Part shown: piece by piece, positions 19,455 to 27,074 of the stretch
Layout of the letters: the number at the start of each line of letters is the position of its first letter
How positions within the stretch are numbered: the first letter of the stretch is position 1
Source of the DNA: Longimonas sp.
GTDB lineage: Bacteria; Bacteroidota; Rhodothermia; Rhodothermales; Salinibacteraceae
Length of the DNA: 37,820 nucleotides
NCBI RefSeq assembly: GCF_046498435.1
Contig: NZ_JAWOAR010000207.1
Location: forward strand, 1 to 37,820
Direction: 5' to 3'
Notes under the pieces: generated by a model
Seen by the model: the letters and a program-made list of their open reading frames with translations, nothing else
Database searches by the model: none
Told to the model about the DNA's origin: nothing
Translations under genes and position numbers: made by a program

Positions 19455-21053
19455 ATGTCCTGGATGAACCGCCTCGTGCATCGCGACGATGCCTCGCTCA
19501 ACACTTCCACCCAGCCCGTCTCACCTGGCCCCAATGCCCCCCACGCCGTCGTTATCGGGGCCGGGCTCGGCGGACTCGCTTCAGCCATTCGCCTGAGTGT
19601 GCGTGGCTATCGCGTAACGCTCTTGGATCGCCTCAATCAGCCCGGCGGACGCGCCCGCGTTTTCAAGCAAGACGGATTTACCTTCGATGCCGGGCCTACC
19701 GTGGTTACCGCACCCTTCCTGTTTGAAGAACTGTGGTCACTCTGCGGCAAATCCCTTGAAGACGACGTGGAGCTCGTTCCTGTCGACCCGTTCTACCGAA
19801 TCACCTTTCACGACGGCACGCACTTCGACTACTCGGGCGACTCGGACACCATGGAGCGCGAAATCCGCAAGTTCAATCCTGCCGATGTCGAAGGCTACCG
19901 GCGCTTTCTGGAGAAGAGCGAGGAGATCTTCGAGATCGGCTTTGAGGAGCTGGGCCATGTGCCGTTCCACAACCTGAGCGACATGCTCAAGATTGTGCCC
20001 GCGATGATGAAGCTGGAGAGCCATCGCACCGTGTACAGCCTCGTCTCCAAGTACGTCGAGCACCCGAAAATCCGCAAGGTGCTCTCCTTCCACCCGCTGC
20101 TTGTGGGCGGTAATCCATTCAGCACTACCTCTATTTACACGCTCATCGCGTTTCTGGAGCGCAAGTGGGGTGTGTGGTATGCGATGGGTGGTACAGGCTC
20201 GCTCGTGAGTGGTATGTCAAACCTGATCGACGAACTCGACGGTACGGAGCAGCACTATAACGCGGACGTGGAGCAAATTCTGGTGGATGGCGGACGCGCC
20301 AGCGGTGTGCGGCTGTCCAGCGGCGAAGTCATCGATGCCGATATTGTGGTGTCGAATGCCGATGTCGGCTACACCTACCGCCACATGATTCACCCGTCAG
20401 ACCGTCAAACGTGGACCGATGAGCGCGTGGAGAATATGAAGTACTCCATGAGCCTCTTCGTCTGGTACTTCGGCACCGACCGCGAATACGAAGACATCGA
20501 GCACCACACCATCCTGATGGGCGAGCGCTACAAGAGTCTGCTCGACGACATCTTCAATAAGCAGGAGCTGGCCGACGATTTCAGCCTCTACCTGCACCGT
20601 CCCACCAAAACCGACCCATCGATGGCTCCCGAGGGCCACGACGCCTTCTACGTGCTAAGCCCGGTGCCGCATCTCGACAGCGGGGTAGACTGGCGCATGC
20701 AGGCCGAGCCGTACCGGCAGTCGGTCGAAGACTACCTCGCCGACACTATCATGCCCGACCTGGGCGAGCACCTCGTGACCTCCCGTATGCTCACGCCGCG
20801 CGAGTTCCAGATGGAGTACAAGAGCCTGAAAGGCGCGGCCTTTAGCGTAGAGCCGGTCTTGCAACAAAGCGCCTGGTTCCGTCCGCACAACGAAAGCGAA
20901 GATGTCGACCACCTGTACTTTGCCGGGGCCGGTACGCATCCTGGCGCGGGCATGCCCGGCGTGCTCTCCACCGCGCGCGTGCTCGACAGCATCGTCCCCG
21001 ATCCCAGCGACCTGCGCCCGGTGCATCCGAAGAAAACATCGATGGCGGCGTAG
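19455..21053 (+). CDS. crtI: Phytoene desaturase / CrtI-family carotenoid desaturase
   Basis: VIGAGLGG FAD motif, GGRA, FDAGPTV, LLVGGNPF, FRPHN, GAGTHPGAGMPGV. Confidence 0.92.
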   Translation: MSWMNRLVHRDDASLNTSTQPVSPGPNAPHAVVIGAGLGGLASAIRLSVRGYRVTLLDRLNQPGGRARVFKQDGFTFDAGPTVVTAPFLFEELWSLCGKSLEDDVELVPVDPFYRITFHDGTHFDYSGDSDTMEREIRKFNPADVEGYRRFLEKSEEIFEIGFEELGHVPFHNLSDMLKIVPAMMKLESHRTVYSLVSKYVEHPKIRKVLSFHPLLVGGNPFSTTSIYTLIAFLERKWGVWYAMGGTGSLVSGMSNLIDELDGTEQHYNADVEQILVDGGRASGVRLSSGEVIDADIVVSNADVGYTYRHMIHPSDRQTWTDERVENMKYSMSLFVWYFGTDREYEDIEHHTILMGERYKSLLDDIFNKQELADDFSLYLHRPTKTDPSMAPEGHDAFYVLSPVPHLDSGVDWRMQAEPYRQSVEDYLADTIMPDLGEHLVTSRMLTPREFQMEYKSLKGAAFSVEPVLQQSAWFRPHNESEDVDHLYFAGAGTHPGAGMPGVLSTARVLDSIVPDPSDLRPVHPKKTSMAA

Positions 21054-21238
21054 CATGACTGTCCAATAGATAGCAAAAGAGGCCGCTAACAGGTCGCCCC
21101 TGTGTCCGATGGTTCTCCGTCGGATATGTGCGGCGGACGTACTTCTGCGTCTTCTACTCAACGCGGCACGACGCGGCTCATCGATTCGGCCCGAACAGCA
21201 TGCCGCGCTGCACATGGATGCAAGTACCTCGGGGGGGC

Positions 21239-21275
21239 GATCTTTATTCACTGCGTGCATCAGTCGCTTCGCTCG
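21239..21275 (+). repeat. Second direct copy of the core of the 19.1-kb element
   Basis: gatctttattcactgcgtKcatcagtcRcttcgctcg is 35/37 identical to 19156-19192. Confidence 0.9.
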
Positions 21276-21538
21276 GGGGCGGACGCCTACCGACGACGGT
21301 CAGCATCCATCTCTGATGACTGTGCAGGGGCATAAATACGCACTTTTGCACGGTCAACGGCAGATACATGTATAGCACAACGCGTTCTCAGACCCCGTAT
21401 GGCCTCCAGATGTGCGTACGTTCTACGACGCAATTCAGCACCGGCTGTTTGATTCGGACTTACGTGTCGGTGAAGTGCGACAAGCTTGCGGCATTGAAGA
21501 TCACAACGTAAGCAACGCCGCCTTTGTCGAAGGCTGTT

Positions 21539-22975
21539 CTACGCCGAACCCCGCGTGGCCGCCCGGTACGCCCGGTTAATGGCAAGCCACGCGCCGCTGT
21601 GGTAGCGATAATACGTCACAAACGCCGGAATCGCCGTCTCAAACACCAGCGCCAGATACACGCCCCACAGCCCGAGCGGCGTCACGGCTCCGGCATACGC
21701 CAGCGGAAGCGCAAACAAGAAGAGCCCGGCCAGTTGTCCGTAGAACGGCCACGTCGTATCGCCTCCCGCGCGGAGCGGACCCAGCGCGCCGTTCAGCAGG
21801 CCGTGGAAGATCACACTCACACACGTAGCGCGCAGGAGCGCCGCTGTGGTCGGAATTAGCTCCGGATCCTGCACAAATAGGTAGCTCACCGGACGCGCTC
21901 CTACAAAGATGGCCAGCGCCACCAGCGCATAGACGGTGACCGTAAAACGGAGCGTATCGTGACCGTACGCCTCGGCCTCTGAATCATCGTTACGGCCCAG
22001 GGCCTGCCCCACCAGACTGCTGGAGGCCAGCCCAAAGCCCCAGCCTGGCGTGTTCATAAGGCCGCGCATCCGTAGCGCTACCACGTACGCCGCGACCACA
22101 TTTGGACCAAAGAACGCCACAATCGCCATCATCGGAAAGCGTCCGCCACCCTGGGCCACCTTGCGCAGGGCCAGCGGCGTACCCACCTGCACCAGACGCC
22201 GAGCCGTGGCCCGGTCTCCAAGTGTAGCCCGCGCATCCCACTGAATGGGCAGGTCGCCCACGTACGGCAGGCGTCCGCGTACAAAGCCCCAGGCCAGCAC
22301 CCCCGTCACCGACGCCCCACCGAGCACCGTGCCCAGCGCCGCGCCCGCCACGCCCATGTCGAACCCAAAGATGAGCACCCCGCTCAGAATGACGTTGGCG
22401 ATGGCACCGCCCGCCCGAATCACCATCGGAATCCACGCTTCGTTGGCGCCGACCAGCGCGCGGCTGCCCACCAGATTGAGCGCGGCAAAGGGCATCGCCC
22501 AGCTTGCAATCGAGAGATACGTGACGCCGTGTGCCACCGCCGCCTCGCCCGATCCAATCAGCCGGATGAGCGGCTCCGTGATGCCCGTAAACAGCGCCAC
22601 CAGTGGCAGCGTCGTGAGCAGCCCCAGCGCCGCGCTCTGCACCACCGCCGTGGTGATGCCCGGGTGCTCCCCCGCCCCAAAGCGCTGCGACACAAGGCTA
22701 ATCGTGCCCCCCGCAATGCCGCCACCCAGCATGTACGCCAGCGTCCAATACGGCACGCCGTAGCCGATGCCTGCAATCCCTGCAGCGCCTACGGCCATGC
22801 CCACCATCGCCACATCGGCCGTTGCCTTCGACATCCGCGCCACGCCCGTTACAATACGCGGCCACGCCAGCTCCGCAATGGCATCGCCACGCCGTGCATC
22901 AATCCAGCCCAAGCGGGCCAGCAGGCGGCCCACCTGTTCCAACAAAGCACGAACGGGGTTGAGCAGGGTGCGCAC
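21539..22975 (-). CDS. MATE family efflux transporter
   Basis: Multi-TM; LAWPRIV...DVAMVG, SQRFGA, GQALG, LRAGGDT MATE motifs; probable GTG start at 22975 (ORF is open to 23026). Confidence 0.9.
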   Translation of the reverse strand: MRTLLNPVRALLEQVGRLLARLGWIDARRGDAIAELAWPRIVTGVARMSKATADVAMVGMAVGAAGIAGIGYGVPYWTLAYMLGGGIAGGTISLVSQRFGAGEHPGITTAVVQSAALGLLTTLPLVALFTGITEPLIRLIGSGEAAVAHGVTYLSIASWAMPFAALNLVGSRALVGANEAWIPMVIRAGGAIANVILSGVLIFGFDMGVAGAALGTVLGGASVTGVLAWGFVRGRLPYVGDLPIQWDARATLGDRATARRLVQVGTPLALRKVAQGGGRFPMMAIVAFFGPNVVAAYVVALRMRGLMNTPGWGFGLASSSLVGQALGRNDDSEAEAYGHDTLRFTVTVYALVALAIFVGARPVSYLFVQDPELIPTTAALLRATCVSVIFHGLLNGALGPLRAGGDTTWPFYGQLAGLFLFALPLAYAGAVTPLGLWGVYLALVFETAIPAFVTYYRYHSGAWLAINRAYRAATRGSA

Positions 22976-23238
22976 AGTGTAGGCGAGCTTGTGAAAAGAG
23001 TAATGTTGCAGTACACATAACAGCATACACGGCTACCATCCGTGCAAGAGCCATCGGTTGCGCATCCCTCACATCTTTTTGGCATCACCGTGTCCATCGC
23101 ATTTGTGTTTTAGGGGAAAGCAAGGGGCCATGCTTCCTCCTGCATTCGGCCCAGCCCCACAGCAGCGCACGTGTCCATCGAAAGTAGGTGTGCCAACGGG
23201 CGAAGGCCGGCCGCCCCTCCATCGTTTGGTAGCAAACC

Positions 23239-23266
23239 GTAGGGACACGGCGCGCCGTGTCCCTAC
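23239..23266. repeat. Perfect 28-bp GTAG-tagged palindrome (REP-like)
   Basis: GTAGGGACACGGCG|CGCCGTGTCCCTAC. Confidence 0.88.
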
Positions 23267-23283
23267 ACGAGCTCCGTCGGTGT

Positions 23284-23735
23284 GCCATTACGGGCGGGGG
23301 ACTGTCCTCTTCATGCTGCGAACGGGGGACCGTTGGCGGCAGGGACTTTTCATGAACGCTCGTCGCAAGGCTCTGTGGCTTTTCGAGATTACCCGCAGAA
23401 TCTGGCCCCGACGGTCCCCCGTCGGGGTGATGCGGAGATGCTCTTGCCAATTGCAACCCGCCTCCCGCCCCGCTCGTCGCAAGGCTCTGCCTTGTGACGC
23501 ACTTTTTTAGGGGCTCTGCCCCGTCCAGCCTGTCCGTCGCCCCCTCAAAAGATGAGTGGTATGATGTAGGACCAAGATGAAAGTGGAGGCCTGGCACGCC
23601 ACTACGGACGGAGGACCGTCCTCTTCGCTCTACCAACGGGGGACCGTTGGCAGCAGGAGTTTGGGTAGTGAATGGACGTTAAGTGATCGCTCTCCCAATA
23701 AAAATCTGTCCTGAGGCGAACGGTCCCCCGTTCGC
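23284..23735. repeat. Two ~140-bp direct units, each with three CGG-RGGA-CYG hairpins (two forward, one inverted)
   Basis: 23284-23343 vs 23598-23657 are 50/60 identical; hairpins start at 23292, 23318, 23406, 23606, 23633 and 23716. Confidence 0.85.
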
Positions 23736-23846
23736 TCCCATCAGCTCCGCCAGAGATACAAGCGTTCACCGTGGCACATCCAATGCGCATGCCCGTTACC
23801 ACAATGCCCTCCGAATCGCCGTCTCCGCCTCCCCCTTGATTCTGCT

Positions 23847-25673
23847 ATGTCCAAAGAATCCGCCCCTGCCGATCCCGCAGTCGACACGACCCAGGCGCCG
23901 CCCGAACTCGGCAACCAGTACACCAGCGACCGGGTGCTCACCAGCTACCTGAAGCGTACCCTGCCCGAGGCCGTGCGCCAGGAGGCCGCTGATGCACTGC
24001 ATGCGCTGGGCGAGCGCGCCGGGGGCGACCTCTACGCGCTGCAGCAGGCCGACCGCACCAGCGAACCCGAACTCACGCAGTGGAGCCCGTGGGGCAAGCG
24101 CATCGACAAAATCACGCTCACCGATGTGTGGAAAACCGCCGCGCCGCTCGCAGCCGAGTACGGACTCGTCGCGCTGCCGTACGAACAGCCGCACGGCGCA
24201 CAGAGCCGTCCGGTGCAGTTTGCGCTGGCGCACCTGTTCATCCCCTCGACCGACATGTACGGCTGCCCGCTTGCCATGACCGACGGCGCCACGCGCACGC
24301 TGCTCGCTGCCGGGAACGACGCGCTCATCGACGAAGCCGTGCCGCACCTCACCAGCCGCGCCCCCGAATCCGCCTGGACCAGCGGCCAGTGGATGACCGA
24401 ACTCGCGGGCGGCTCCGACGTCGGGCAGTCTAACACCACCGCCCGCCAAGACAACGACGGCACCTGGCGTCTGTACGGACGCAAGTGGTTCACGAGCGCC
24501 ATCACCGCAAATATGGCGCTGGCCCTGGCCCGTCCCGAGGGCAACCCCGATGGCGGACGCGGGCTGGCGCTCTTTTACGTGCGCATCCGCACCGACGACG
24601 GCGCTTTGAAACCAGGGCTGCGCGTGCTCCGGCTGAAAGACAAGCTCGGCACGCGCAAGCTGCCTACCGCCGAACTCCACCTGAATGGCGTGGAGGCAAT
24701 GCCCGTTACCGAACTAAAGCGCGGCACGCGGCACATTGCGCCGATGCTAAACATCACGCGCACCTGGAATGCCGTCACCGCCACCAGCTTTATGCGCCGC
24801 TCCGTAGCCCTGTCGCGCGACTACGCCACCAAGCGCACCGTCTTTGGCAAAAAGCTGATCGACCAGCCCTTGCACCAGGACACGCTCGCGCAGATGCAGA
24901 GCACCTACGAGGGGGCCTTCCACCTGTCGTTTCGCGTGGCCGAACTGCTGGGACGCGACGAGGCCGACACTGCCACAGACACCGACCATGCGCTGCTGAG
25001 GCTACTCACGCCCATCGCCAAACTGCTCACCGCCAAGCAGTGCGTATCCGTTACGAGCGAGGCCATGGAAGCCTTTGGCGGCGCTGGCTATGTCGAAGAC
25101 ACGGGCCTGCCCCAACTGCATCGGGATGCGCAGGTGCTGCCCATCTGGGAAGGCACCACCAACGTACTGGCCCTTGACCTGCTCCGCGCGCTCAAGCGCA
25201 CCGGCGGACTGGCTCCGCTTCGGGCCGAGTTCAAGCGCTGCATGGATGGTCTTTCTGCGCCGCGTCTCATTCCTCCCATGAAAAAAGCCGCCCAGGCGCT
25301 CCAACATGCCCAAAACTGGCTGCATGAGGCGCAAGACAACGACGCCCAACTCCAGGGCAGCGCCCGGCGCTTTGCGTACACGGTGGGATCGGTAATGGAG
25401 GTGGCCCTCACCGTACACCACGCACAGTGGGCGCTCAACCACGAAAACGATGCGCGTCCGGCAGAAGCCGCAGTACGGCTGGCTGCGGCGGGCATTGACC
25501 ACCTGCACCCGGTCGATCCGCACGGCGCGCATGTGCTTGCGCACGACTTCAACTGCCCCACGCTGTTCGAATGCCACACGGGCACTGCCGACACACCCGC
25601 CCCCGTGCCCACCGCCGATACGCTCTCTGAGTCAGCGTTTGCAGACGGACAGGGACAGCAAGCGAAGGCATAG
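23847..25673 (+). CDS. AidB-like acyl-CoA dehydrogenase family flavoprotein
   Basis: GCPLAMTDGA, SGQWMTELAGGSDV, GRKWFTSA, RLKDKLGT, EAFGGAGYVED, RDAQVLPIWEGTTNV. Confidence 0.9.
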   Translation: MSKESAPADPAVDTTQAPPELGNQYTSDRVLTSYLKRTLPEAVRQEAADALHALGERAGGDLYALQQADRTSEPELTQWSPWGKRIDKITLTDVWKTAAPLAAEYGLVALPYEQPHGAQSRPVQFALAHLFIPSTDMYGCPLAMTDGATRTLLAAGNDALIDEAVPHLTSRAPESAWTSGQWMTELAGGSDVGQSNTTARQDNDGTWRLYGRKWFTSAITANMALALARPEGNPDGGRGLALFYVRIRTDDGALKPGLRVLRLKDKLGTRKLPTAELHLNGVEAMPVTELKRGTRHIAPMLNITRTWNAVTATSFMRRSVALSRDYATKRTVFGKKLIDQPLHQDTLAQMQSTYEGAFHLSFRVAELLGRDEADTATDTDHALLRLLTPIAKLLTAKQCVSVTSEAMEAFGGAGYVEDTGLPQLHRDAQVLPIWEGTTNVLALDLLRALKRTGGLAPLRAEFKRCMDGLSAPRLIPPMKKAAQALQHAQNWLHEAQDNDAQLQGSARRFAYTVGSVMEVALTVHHAQWALNHENDARPAEAAVRLAAAGIDHLHPVDPHGAHVLAHDFNCPTLFECHTGTADTPAPVPTADTLSESAFADGQGQQAKA

Positions 25674-25877
25674 CGTTAGCCCCCCACGGGCGTTTCAAGT
25701 AACAACTTGTGGGAGATACCAACAGAGATGACGGGTCCGTAACGCCTTATGTTATCAGATGGCTAAAAGGTAGCATGAGTGCGGAATCTCTTCCCCAACG
25801 GGGCGTGTTAACTACGGACGGTGCGGATACATGCCCGCATTTCTTCTGCTCTCTTTTGCTGGCTGGACGTATTCTAC

Positions 25878-27026
25878 ATGACAACCTTCTCTGATACCGC
25901 CTGGTGGAAACGCCCAGTTTCTTGGGCCCTGCTTGTCGGCCTGCTGATTGTAGGCGGCGTGTTGATGATTCCACAAGACGGCACCAGCAGTACTGCCGAC
26001 GAAGACGAGCAGGCCGACGAGCAACAGGAAGCCTCTGCGTTGCAAGCCGACGGCGTGGTCGTAGAGCCGACCCGCATGGCCGAACAAATCCGCGCCACCG
26101 GAACGCTGCGTGCCGACGAATCGGTGGACCTGGCGATAGAAACATCGGGGCGTGTCAGCACGCTATCGATGCCTGAGGGTGGCACCGTAGAGGCGGGTGA
26201 GCTGCTGCTGTCTGTGAGCAATGACGACCTGCACGCCGAACAACGCCGCCTGCAATCCCAACTCACCCTGGCGGAAGCACGCGAGGCGCGGCAGGCACGC
26301 CTGCTTGAAGAGGGCGGCGTAAGTCAAGAAACCTACGACGCCACCCAGAGCGACGTCGAAGTGCTCCAAGCCGACCTGGATCAGATTGAGGCTCGCATCG
26401 CCAAAACCGAGATCCGCGCTCCGTTTGCCGGACAGCTGGGCCTCCGCTATGTGAGCGAAGGCAGTTACATCTCGCCCGACACGCGCATTGCGACGTTGCA
26501 GCGCATTGATCCCATCAAAATCGACTTTTCGGTGCCCGAGAAGTATGCCGGTCGGGTGGAAGCAGGGCAACCCATTACGTTTTCGGTGCGGAACAGCAAT
26601 GCGGATCACACCGCCGAGGTGATTGCCACTGAGCCCCGTGTCGACAACGACACACGGTCGCTTCGTGTGCGCGCTCGCTCAGGCAACGGTGTAGGCGAAC
26701 TGCGCCCCGGCACCTTTGCGGACCTGACGCTAACCATCGGTGCTGTCGACGAGGCGCTTGTGATTCCTAACTTTGCGCTTGTGCCCAATCTGGGTGTGCA
26801 ACGCGTGTTTGTGTACCGAGACGGCAGCGCTCAGCCGCAAGAGGTCACCATTGGGCGGCGCACCAGCGAGATGGTGGAGATCACCGAGGGCCTGGCGCCC
26901 GGCGACACCGTCATCACTTCCAACATTCAGGAGCTGCGTCCCGGTCGCTCCGTCGAGCTCACCACCATCGATACGACCGATGACCTCGACACCGAAACCG
27001 AGGTAGTGGTGCCCTCCGACGAGTAG
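25878..27026 (+). CDS. RND efflux periplasmic adaptor (membrane fusion protein)
   Basis: N-terminal TM; SGRV...EGGTVEAGELL lipoyl half; IRAPFAG; LRPGTF; EITEGLAPGD. Confidence 0.93.
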   Translation: MTTFSDTAWWKRPVSWALLVGLLIVGGVLMIPQDGTSSTADEDEQADEQQEASALQADGVVVEPTRMAEQIRATGTLRADESVDLAIETSGRVSTLSMPEGGTVEAGELLLSVSNDDLHAEQRRLQSQLTLAEAREARQARLLEEGGVSQETYDATQSDVEVLQADLDQIEARIAKTEIRAPFAGQLGLRYVSEGSYISPDTRIATLQRIDPIKIDFSVPEKYAGRVEAGQPITFSVRNSNADHTAEVIATEPRVDNDTRSLRVRARSGNGVGELRPGTFADLTLTIGAVDEALVIPNFALVPNLGVQRVFVYRDGSAQPQEVTIGRRTSEMVEITEGLAPGDTVITSNIQELRPGRSVELTTIDTTDDLDTETEVVVPSDE

Positions 27027-27074
27027 TTTCATCGCGCCGCGTTTCTATCGTTTGCTGTACAGGTTAGACTTTCC

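Noticed and set aside
23058-23952. Short ORFs (up to 183 aa) in the MATE-AidB intergenic region
   Set aside because: They run through palindromic repeats, have atypical composition and show no transposase motifs
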